DNA from: an uncultured Methanosarcinales archaeon
GTDB lineage: Archaea > Nanobdellota > Nanobdellia > Woesearchaeales > UBA10107
Length of the DNA: 42,004 nt
Assembly: GCA_964572885.1 (NCBI GenBank)
Contig: CAZNFC010000002.1
Span: 1 to 42,004, forward strand
Direction: 5' to 3'
The position numbers were made by a program, and so were the translations under genes. Positions 35,059-42,004 of this stretch are shown here, piece after piece. Every line of letters begins with the position of its first letter. The first letter of the stretch is position 1. Below the pieces are notes generated by a model. The model saw nothing but the letters and a program-made list of their open reading frames with translations, ran no database searches and had not been told where the DNA came from.

Positions 35059-35439
35059 TCATTTATGGTACTCAATTCCTCTATTTACAAATCTTTTTTC
35101 AACTTTCTTAGGTTCAAAATGCTTCTTTGTAAATTCTTCGACATCTTGTTCACTAAATTTACCGCAGCTGTATATGTCTATTGAAATAAAGTTCTTAAGT
35201 GTCAAAGTATGTATCTGTATCCCGCTTTCAACTAAAGGAACCCAACCACTTAAGCCAGCCTTATCTTCATACATTTTAGCATCAGTCCTGAATATGAACG
35301 GAGGCGACTGCTTCTGCATTTTAAGGAATTCTACAAGTTTCTCAAGAAAATCATAGCAAAAAGTAATGTCGTCAGAAACTCCTTCCCTGCAATCATACAA
35401 GTCGAGCATCAATGAATATCCAAACGGTTTATGTTCCAT
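35059..35439 (-). CDS. speH: Pyruvoyl-dependent S-adenosylmethionine decarboxylase-like proenzyme (SpeH family)
   Basis: FGYSLMLDLYDC and GLSGWVPLVE|SGIQIHTLTLKNFISIDIYSCG parallel the SpeH motifs (LY/FY-x-C; E|S self-cleavage site followed by xxxIHT; F/Y-x-CG). Confidence 0.7.
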   Translation of the reverse strand: MEHKPFGYSLMLDLYDCREGVSDDITFCYDFLEKLVEFLKMQKQSPPFIFRTDAKMYEDKAGLSGWVPLVESGIQIHTLTLKNFISIDIYSCGKFSEQDVEEFTKKHFEPKKVEKRFVNRGIEYHK

Positions 35440-35486
35440 ATTTCTTTTTGTTTGTTGTTAAACTTAGTTTTTATATCTTTCTATTT

Positions 35487-36572
35487 TTACGGAAGCCAAG
35501 TTTTAGGATCTTTAATTTTTTTAGGAAGATAAGTATCAATGACAAAATTAAGCGAATGAGAGGAGAATGCCTGCTGCTCCACTCTTTTTCCCATCTTGAC
35601 CATCATATCAAGAGCTTTTTGCCATTCTTTGCTTGATTTGCAGAAAGGATCGTTTTTAATTACATCTTTTATCTTCTTTAAATCCACTTCTTTCAAAGGA
35701 TGAGTCGGAAGTTTGTAGTCAATTATATCCTGAGGGGTGACTCCTATGAATTTTGCTCTCGGAACACAAAAGAACCTATTTATATGAGCAGCGTTTCCTG
35801 AACCCACTTTTAATGTCCTGTATATGTTGAAATAACCGTAAGGATCGCCGTCAGTAAACACATATACGGGAATATTCTTTTCGTCAGATAGTTTTCTTAT
35901 GAATCTTCTTGTCGCCCTTGAAGGAACTCCTTTAAGGGAAATTATGATGCAATTGTTCTTCTTCCAGAACTTGTGATAGTTTAATCTTTGGAACATACCT
36001 GCTGTTTCTATTGCAAGCACGAATTTAGCGTTTGTCTTGAATGTGAACTGTTCTACTGTAGAAGGAACACTGTATCCTCCTGTTCCCATCTTTGTACAGT
36101 CAATTTCTATCTTTTCTCCTGTTTCAGGATCTTTATCAACTATTATTAACTCTCCAGCTACTGCAGAACCGTCTTCATCAGGTATGAATCCTATCCTTTC
36201 TCTGTTGAATCCAAGCATGGCTTCCATATCATCCATGATTGCATCAGATTCTTCCTGTTCATTGAATCCTGCGGCGCCCCATGCACCTTTGGATTGATAG
36301 TAAGCGTCTCTTTTGGTCGCAATATCTTTTGTTTCAACAAGTTTTTTTGACAATCCCATCATTTTCAATGTCTGAGCAAATGTCTTTATTGTTGCAGCTG
36401 TGAGTGTTCTTGCCTTTGTTTTTCCAATTATATCAAAGAAACCTTCTTTTTCATCATATTTGATGTTGGAGAGATCTCTTAAAGGCATCTCGAGCTCAGG
36501 AACTTCTTTTTTCATTATTTTCTTGTAAACATCTTCTGTCACAGATTTTATCTTCTTGATTACATCACTCAT
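35487..36572 (-). CDS. top6A: DNA topoisomerase VI subunit A (Spo11-like)
   Basis: RDAYY (catalytic Tyr region), Toprim motifs LAIETAGMF and [10 protein letters not shown]. It overlaps the upstream top6B by 8 nt. Confidence 0.9.
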   Translation of the reverse strand: MSDVIKKIKSVTEDVYKKIMKKEVPELEMPLRDLSNIKYDEKEGFFDIIGKTKARTLTAATIKTFAQTLKMMGLSKKLVETKDIATKRDAYYQSKGAWGAAGFNEQEESDAIMDDMEAMLGFNRERIGFIPDEDGSAVAGELIIVDKDPETGEKIEIDCTKMGTGGYSVPSTVEQFTFKTNAKFVLAIETAGMFQRLNYHKFWKKNNCIIISLKGVPSRATRRFIRKLSDEKNIPVYVFTDGDPYGYFNIYRTLKVGSGNAAHINRFFCVPRAKFIGVTPQDIIDYKLPTHPLKEVDLKKIKDVIKNDPFCKSSKEWQKALDMMVKMGKRVEQQAFSSHSLNFVIDTYLPKKIKDPKTWLP

Positions 36573-38199
36573 CTTGTTTTTCCTCTTTCTCTGCTTTTCC
36601 TATCTTAGCAAATGCCTCGTCATATTCCTCGTTTTCAGCTTCAATATCTTCTATCTCTCCTCTGTGTTTCTCAAGCATTTCTTTCAAACTTGATTCCATC
36701 CTTGTCTCTTCAACTTTCTGTAATTCCAGCAGTTCTCTTACTGCTTCAGCGACAATAGGTATGTATTTCTCGATATATCCTCTTTTCTTTAATTCATCTC
36801 CTATCCTCTTTTTCTTTCCGACATATCTCAATAATTCCCTTCCACATTCCTGCAGAGCTAATTTAACCTCTTTTATGATCTCAGGATAATGAGCTATCGC
36901 CTCTTTTGCCTCTGAAGTATAAGGAGTCCATACTGAAGACATGTGCACGCAAATTATACAAGGACCTACAGGAACAGAATCAGAACTTTGCTGTAATCCA
37001 TAAGATTTCCAGCTTGTCTCGATTATCGCTTCAGTGATTCCGCATGCGCTCTGCTGAAACTGCAAAGGAACTCTATTTGCGAATCTCATTATTCTTACAG
37101 GTTTATCTGCTTCTAATTCTCCTCCATATGCTATTGCCGCTTCAATTATGAATGGATTTCCTCTATAAACAGAAGCAGGTCTTGTTGTCGCGGCATAAAA
37201 CTCAGCTCTGATCTCTTTTTTTAATCCTTTTTCCAATAATTCTTTTCCGATAGGAGCCAGACAATCTGTAGGAGGTGCCATGACCTTGACTTTCTGCATT
37301 GCTTTTAGAAGCTTATCGGCTTGTTCCCTCGATATATTTCCTGGTTTCTCATTGGGAAGCAATTTTGCTTCCTCGCACATCTCTTTTGCAACTGCAGGAC
37401 TTACTCTTGAGAAATCATTTTGTAAAAATGAGCTTAAATTTCTTGATTCAGTATATCCCAGCATTTTAATCAACATCCCTAATTCAACTCCGTATGGATG
37501 AGGTTTGATTTCTTTAGGTTCTGGAGGAAGTTCTTTGCTCACTCTTGAGAATATTATCTGTTCAGCTTTTGGATTTGTGTATATTATCGTGGCATGAGGA
37601 TTGACTATTGAGGTTTGCTTAAGATATTCATCAACGGATTGTCCCCCTTTTTGATATATTCCTTCCATCTCAAGCTCGATCCTTGTTCCGTGCTCTTTTC
37701 TCCATTCTTTTTCTTCATCTTTCATGATTTCTGGCTCGTTTTTCTTAGTGTCAATATGAAGTTCAAAATAATGTGCAGGTTTGTCTTTTCCAGTTCTTGA
37801 TATTATCTTTGCAGGCTTTCCTGTCGTCAATTGAGAATACAGTAATGCTGCGCTGATTCCTATTCCCTGCTGTCCTCTCGAGGATTTCATGCTTCCGAAC
37901 TTAGAACCATAAAGTAATTTACCAAAAATCTTTGGAATCTGAGCTTTTACTATTCCAGGACCGTTATCTTCAATTATTATCCTGAATCTTTCTTCTCCCA
38001 TCTCAATTATCTCGATGTTGACATCAGGCAGAATCCTTGCTTCTTCGCATGCATCCAGAGAATTATCTACTGCTTCTTTTATCGCTGTAAGCAAAGCTTT
38101 TCTTTTATTGTCAAATCCTAACAGATGCCTGTTTTTCTCAAAGAATTCGGCTACAGATATCTCTCTCTGCTTTTTTGCCAATTCTTCTGCTGTTGCCAT
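36565..38199 (-). CDS. top6B: DNA topoisomerase VI subunit B (GHKL ATPase)
   Basis: Bergerat-fold motifs [21 protein letters not shown] and [10 protein letters not shown], with a transducer region and an acidic C-terminus. Confidence 0.9.
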   Translation of the reverse strand: MATAEELAKKQREISVAEFFEKNRHLLGFDNKRKALLTAIKEAVDNSLDACEEARILPDVNIEIIEMGEERFRIIIEDNGPGIVKAQIPKIFGKLLYGSKFGSMKSSRGQQGIGISAALLYSQLTTGKPAKIISRTGKDKPAHYFELHIDTKKNEPEIMKDEEKEWRKEHGTRIELEMEGIYQKGGQSVDEYLKQTSIVNPHATIIYTNPKAEQIIFSRVSKELPPEPKEIKPHPYGVELGMLIKMLGYTESRNLSSFLQNDFSRVSPAVAKEMCEEAKLLPNEKPGNISREQADKLLKAMQKVKVMAPPTDCLAPIGKELLEKGLKKEIRAEFYAATTRPASVYRGNPFIIEAAIAYGGELEADKPVRIMRFANRVPLQFQQSACGITEAIIETSWKSYGLQQSSDSVPVGPCIICVHMSSVWTPYTSEAKEAIAHYPEIIKEVKLALQECGRELLRYVGKKKRIGDELKKRGYIEKYIPIVAEAVRELLELQKVEETRMESSLKEMLEKHRGEIEDIEAENEEYDEAFAKIGKAEKEEKQDE

Positions 38200-38231
38200 A
38201 ATAGAACTTCAAAATATTTGCTTTATATACT

Positions 38232-38879
38232 TTATGAATGCCTTTCAACGTTGAAACTTTCTTCAATCTTTCTTAATTTCATATCTTTCCTCTTTTTTTC
38301 TAAGTCTCTGAAAACTCCTGCGTGCATCCCGCCTTCGAGAAGTTTTTCAATTGCATGCTTTGCAATACCTACATTTGATATTTCGCCGATTATTCCTATT
38401 GTCTTTCCATAAACTGAGATATGTGTTTCAGTTAGTTCTTCAACCACTCTTCTTGCCTTTCCTTCTTCACCTATCACTCTTCCTTTCAGTCTTATCTGGG
38501 AGCTTTTTGTAGGAGCATAATCCCTAAGATCAATGACATCGAACATGTATTCGGGCTTTAGAAGTTGATTTGCAATTTCAGGATTGAATCCTCTTGCAAT
38601 CGCTCTTATTATCTCTCTTGCTGTGAATAAACCTAAAGAATCTTTTCCTGTTATTATGACATCTCCTTCCTGGGAGTCAATCTCTAACTTGCAGTGCGTA
38701 TCTTCTTCTAAATGTTTTTTTATTTCTCCACCCTTGCCTATAAGTACAGCTACCCTGTCTTTAGGTACTTTCAAGTCATACGAGAACTCTTGCAGTTCAA
38801 TATACTTGGAGGCGATTACGCTCGGCTTTTCCGGGTCTTGTCCAGCAGTCTTAGCTGATTTCTTTTTGGAGGTCATCAT
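38232..38879 (-). CDS. KH-domain RNA-binding protein (archaeal Dim2/Pno1-like)
   Basis: Two KH modules (RVAVLIGKGGEIKKHLEE; GRVIGEEGKARRVVEE). It lies near the RIO kinase gene, as is common in archaea. Confidence 0.7.
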   Translation of the reverse strand: MMTSKKKSAKTAGQDPEKPSVIASKYIELQEFSYDLKVPKDRVAVLIGKGGEIKKHLEEDTHCKLEIDSQEGDVIITGKDSLGLFTAREIIRAIARGFNPEIANQLLKPEYMFDVIDLRDYAPTKSSQIRLKGRVIGEEGKARRVVEELTETHISVYGKTIGIIGEISNVGIAKHAIEKLLEGGMHAGVFRDLEKKRKDMKLRKIEESFNVERHS

Positions 38880-38960
38880 GAACTATATTGTTTTTAATAA
38901 AAATGTCCTTGCTTATATAGCTTATGCTTTTAAGAATGAATAAAAAAGAAAAAAATAAGA

Positions 38961-39227
38961 TTATTTTTTATTTGCCCAATTCCATACATAAGCAAATACA
39001 AATCCAATGACATATCCCATCACAAACGCCATTATTACAAGCATTATTGCATTGCTCAGATTGAATGGATTGATCATAAAAATAGGCTTCAATGAATGAA
39101 GTCCTGTTACCCAATCAAGGTAGCCCTGTAATTGCCCTGGAATCACTGCAACCAGCAATGACCATATTGCATGTAGTGCACCAGAAAAAGTTCCTAATGC
39201 AAGTCCTGTCTTGTTCTTGTCTAACAT
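38961..39227 (-). CDS. Small integral membrane protein, unknown function (88 aa)
   Basis: Three hydrophobic segments fill the interval between the KH and RIO genes. Confidence 0.5.
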   Translation of the reverse strand: MLDKNKTGLALGTFSGALHAIWSLLVAVIPGQLQGYLDWVTGLHSLKPIFMINPFNLSNAIMLVIMAFVMGYVIGFVFAYVWNWANKK

Positions 39228-39268
39228 ATTACACCTCTTTTTCAGTATAAAGCAGTTAATATATATAA

Positions 39269-39976
39269 TTATTTCCTTATTATCTTGTTTTTTATGTATT
39301 CTTCTGTCGTCTTGATCCCTATCTTATTGAAGAAATTTGAAACGTTCTTTATGTCTCTTATCAACATTTCATCTGAAAAGATAGTGTCCATTTCCATGGC
39401 TTGGCTGAAGTCTATCAAGACAGGCTTATCATGATAGATTAGTATATTGAATTGTGACAGATCTCCATGGACTAAATTTGCTTTGTATAATTTTTTCATG
39501 TTTTTTATTAAATTATTCAGGAATTCATCATCTTCAGGAAACTCATCTTTCAACTGTTTTGCAGGTTGGTTATCTCCTATGAATTCCATCAGAAGAATGT
39601 TTTCTTTAATTAGGTAAGGAGTTGGAACAGAAACTCCTGCATCTCTTGCTTTGTGCAAGTTTCTAAATTCTCTTGAAGCCCACGAATATACGACTCTTCT
39701 CCTGTTTTTTGTTAATTTAGGGAATCTCGGATCCCTTCTCAACAGATCAAACATCCTATTGAAGTCAGCTGTGTTGACTCTATATATCTTTATTATTATT
39801 TTAGTCCCGTCTTTCTTCTTTGCCGAGAAGATATTGGCTTCTTTTCCGATTTTTATAGGACTTAATGTATTATTGTCAAAATAACCTTTTCCTGATAATT
39901 CAAACAGATTCCTGACGGTATGATTATCAAATACATTCTCAAATGTCTTGAACTTTTCTTTTGATGGACGGGACAT
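39269..39976 (-). CDS. rio1: RIO-type serine/threonine protein kinase (Rio1-like)
   Basis: GKEANIFSA (P-loop-like), LVHGDLSQFNIL (catalytic loop) and LIDFSQA (metal-binding loop). There is no N-terminal wHTH, so it is Rio1-like rather than Rio2-like. Confidence 0.85.
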   Translation of the reverse strand: MSRPSKEKFKTFENVFDNHTVRNLFELSGKGYFDNNTLSPIKIGKEANIFSAKKKDGTKIIIKIYRVNTADFNRMFDLLRRDPRFPKLTKNRRRVVYSWASREFRNLHKARDAGVSVPTPYLIKENILLMEFIGDNQPAKQLKDEFPEDDEFLNNLIKNMKKLYKANLVHGDLSQFNILIYHDKPVLIDFSQAMEMDTIFSDEMLIRDIKNVSNFFNKIGIKTTEEYIKNKIIRK

Positions 39977-40016
39977 AAATATTAATTAAAGAAAGGGGGT
40001 TATAAAGTTAATTAAA

Positions 40017-40379
40017 TTAATTATTATTAGAAAGCTCTCTTTCTACCTTTTTCTGTCGAGAAAGTATTCTTTCTAAATCTTCAGGTGATCTCATTGATTT
40101 CCAATTGTATGAAACAGTTGCGCGAGTTCCAACAAACATCGAAATTAATCCAACCGCATTAGCAAGTAATCCTATTTCTACAATTTGATTTGCTACATCG
40201 CTATAATTAGGACCTCCTAAGTAATTGACCAATCCAGCCGCTGCTTCAGCAGCAATACCGGCCACTGCAACATATTTGCCAGTCTTATATGCAGCCCTAT
40301 TGAAGCGAAGTTGATTCATTGCTTCAGAATCCGTCATTGGATAAAACGTTAATCCTATTCTCATTTTAGAAAGTCTCAA
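40017..40379 (-). CDS. Hypothetical membrane-associated protein (120 aa)
   Basis: ORF with Ala/Gly-rich hydrophobic segments (YVAVAGIAAEAAAGLVNYLGG, IGLLANAVGLISMFVG). I recognise no family. Confidence 0.45.
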   Translation of the reverse strand: MRLSKMRIGLTFYPMTDSEAMNQLRFNRAAYKTGKYVAVAGIAAEAAAGLVNYLGGPNYSDVANQIVEIGLLANAVGLISMFVGTRATVSYNWKSMRSPEDLERILSRQKKVERELSNNN

Positions 40380-41129
40380 TTTATGCTTTTATTTAAACCT
40401 TTCTACTATCACTACTCTTAAGTAGCTATAAATCATAACATTTATATAGTAGGACATATATTCTATAGAATATAGGTAAAAGAGATTTACTATCACTAAT
40501 CACAGTCTAAACACCTCTTTTCCTCAACACAAGGCGCCTTAAAACGTCTTGTGATTGAGGTTGATTTTCCTTACAATAAGGAAAAATAAGCCTAAAATGT
40601 AATAATTATTATAATTATTATAATACACAACCTTTAAATAAAAGGTTACATCAACATATTCATTGTGTAAATAGGTCCTTTTAGAGTTTGGCGATGCCAG
40701 GCGATGAGCAAAAGACACTCTTACACAACACAGCCCAAATCGAGAGTACCTAAGGGAGCTGACGGCGAAAGCCAAGCTGGGAACTCAGGAGTTAGTAGAT
40801 GGGCATCATGATCATAATCAAAATCATGTTTCAAAGGAACTAAATTCAAAGTTTCAACGCAAGTTGAAGCTTACACGACACAAGTCGGGTAATGTTTCAA
40901 ATTCAAGTTTGATCCAAAAAATTAGATAAAAATCGATCAAGAAACTTAGCAATAAGGAAATTACGAATTTAGTTCTAAAAGAATAAGCGGTTTCAGCAAA
41001 GCCTGAAATCGTTCCTTTACAAAAAAGGAAAAGAAAGTAACTTTAGGAAATCACATTCGCTAAATCAGTTTGAAAAAGGAATTAGTGTTTCTTAAAGTTG
41101 CTTTGCACATTTAATGGAGGAAACAAAAA

Positions 41130-42004
41130 ATGGCAAAAATCGCGCAAGTAGCGGCAAAATACTTAATTAATGCAAATATAGAGATTGAAGGTACAGTAGA
41201 CAAGCCTGACATGATCGGAGCGATCTTCGGTCAGACAGAAGGACTTTTAGGTTCTGATTTAGAACTTAGAGAACTTCAAAGATCAGGAAGGATAGGAAGA
41301 ATAGAAGTTACAGACGAGATCAAAGGCGGAAAGACTTTTGGGACAATCACGATTCCTTCTTCTTTAGATAAGGCAGAAACTGCGATTGTAGGGGCAGCTT
41401 TGGAGATAATCCAAAGAATAGGTCCTTGCAATGCAAAGATAAAAGTAACAAACATCGAGGACGTCAGGGTTTCAAAGAGAAACCAGGTCGTCTCAAGAGC
41501 AAAAGAATTATTGAAGCAGTTGATGGACAGCTCAATGGCAGATTCTTCTGAAATTGCTCAAGAGGTTTCTGAATCAGTAAGAGTAATGGAAGTCACAGAA
41601 GTGACTACTGACAGATTACCTGCAGGACCTGAAACCCAGAACTCTGATGAAATAATCATAGTTGAAGGAAGAGCTGATGTTGTAAATCTATTGAAATACG
41701 GCATAAAAAATGCAGTAGCAATGAACGGCACATCTGTTCCACAAGGAATAATTGAATTGTGCAGAGGAAAGACAGCGACTGTTTTAGTTGACGGAGACAG
41801 AGGAGGAGATCTTATCATAAGAGAGCTTCTTGATGTCGCAGAAATTGATTTCGTGACAAAAGCTCCAGATGGAAAAGAAGTCGAAGAGCTTCAGATGAAG
41901 GAAATTCATAAGGCTTTAAGATCCAGGATGCCGGCAGAACAAGCTAAGGCTGAAATGGCAGGCAAAACAACTGTACAAAGACCTCACGTAGGGCAGATGC
42001 CTGA
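41130..42004 (+). CDS. dnaG: Archaeal DnaG primase-like Toprim protein, 3'-truncated by the window edge
   Basis: Not in the ORF track because no stop falls in the window. My translation from the ATG at 41130 (GGAGG lies 8 nt upstream) is MAKIAQVAAKYLINANIEIEGTVDKPDMIGAIFGQTEGLLG...IIIVEGRADVVNLLKYGIKNAVAMNGTSVP...VLVDGDRGGDLIIREL. This has the conserved archaeal DnaG N-terminus plus a Toprim domain (E...DGDxxG). Confidence 0.9.
   Translation, partial: MAKIAQVAAKYLINANIEIEGTVDKPDMIGAIFGQTEGLLGSDLELRELQRSGRIGRIEVTDEIKGGKTFGTITIPSSLDKAETAIVGAALEIIQRIGPCNAKIKVTNIEDVRVSKRNQVVSRAKELLKQLMDSSMADSSEIAQEVSESVRVMEVTEVTTDRLPAGPETQNSDEIIIVEGRADVVNLLKYGIKNAVAMNGTSVPQGIIELCRGKTATVLVDGDRGGDLIIRELLDVAEIDFVTKAPDGKEVEELQMKEIHKALRSRMPAEQAKAEMAGKTTVQRPHVGQMP

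Noticed and set aside
35042-35636. + strand ORFs 35042-35356 and 35412-35636
   Set aside because: They are antisense to the SpeH-like gene and to the end of top6A. Their composition is unconvincing, while the minus-strand genes have clear family motifs.
40700-40765. Possible C/D box sRNA (GCGAUGAGC ... 60 nt ... CUGA with short flanking complementarity)
   Set aside because: The C box deviates from RUGAUGA. I found no internal D'/C' boxes and the terminal stem is only about 3 bp. This is too weak to call without a covariance-model search.
40539-40775. 78-aa minus-strand ORF in the large intergenic region
   Set aside because: The translation is dominated by the A/T repeat (YYNNYNNYY) and looks non-protein-like. 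The region is better explained as non-coding.
40750-40790. SRP RNA helix-8-like element (AGGGAGCUGACGGC-GAAA-GCCAAGCUGGGAAC)
   Set aside because: A GNRA loop and an AGC-containing flank are present. However, I could not find the symmetric/asymmetric loop pattern, the conserved 5' Alu-domain motifs or the long closing helices. It remains folded into the general ncRNA-candidate finding.
31624-41818. Other antisense track ORFs (31624-31827, 31760-32155, 36037-36297, 37280-37501, 37615-37800, 38015-38412, 38584-38943, 39651-39884, 41558-41818, and also 26834-27388, 27930-28130, 28515-28703, 28921-29520, 30126-30359, 30990-31391, 33440-33634)
   Set aside because: Each is embedded opposite to, or out of frame within, a confidently recognised housekeeping gene (radB, top6A/B, KH, RIO, dnaG, rpa, ydjM-like, radA, TRAM, uS2, GT2).
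1-42004. CRISPR arrays, IS elements or transposases, integrases, prophage genes, toxin-antitoxin or restriction-modification genes, and rRNA genes
   Set aside because: I saw no direct-repeat/spacer periodicity, no terminal inverted repeats flanking a transposase-like ORF, and no recognisable motifs of these families in any frame.

Overview
AT-rich, very tightly packed archaeal sequence. Evidence for an archaeon: RadA plus RadB, Topo VI A/B, archaeal-type DnaG, RIO kinase next to a KH/Dim2-like protein, archaeal uS2, TATA-box promoters. A small-genome DPANN-like lineage is only an inference. The window has two different halves. (1) nt 1-26576 is one co-directional cluster of 21 ORFs, mostly separated by 0-9 nt or overlapping (ATGA/TAATG junctions). 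It encodes four giant (>1000 aa) Cys/Asn/Thr-rich surface proteins built from Ig-like, FN3-like and CarboxypepD_reg-like modules. It also encodes about 17 small or medium proteins whose N-termini look like archaeal class III (type IV prepilin-like) signal peptides ([KR][GA]|Q/V/I... followed by about 20 hydrophobic residues). Two of the giants carry this N-terminus too. The last gene fuses such an N-terminus to an MltA/3D-type (lytic transglycosylase-like) domain and two FN3-like modules. No assembly ATPase, platform protein or prepilin peptidase is in the window, and the first ORF runs off the 5' edge, so the locus continues upstream. I consider this the candidate undescribed system: a pilus-like surface, attachment or cell-wall-breaching apparatus. 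(2) nt 26.6-42 kb is housekeeping: RPA, YdjM-like hydrolase, a small PC4-like protein, RadA, TRAM protein, uS2, RadB, a processive GT2, a thioredoxin-like protein, tRNA-Cys and tRNA-Arg, an AdoMet-decarboxylase-like enzyme, Topo VI B/A, KH protein, RIO kinase, and a 5' partial DnaG. The 750-nt intergenic region before dnaG is unusually large and rich in repeats and hairpins. I saw no CRISPR array, transposase, integrase or rRNA.
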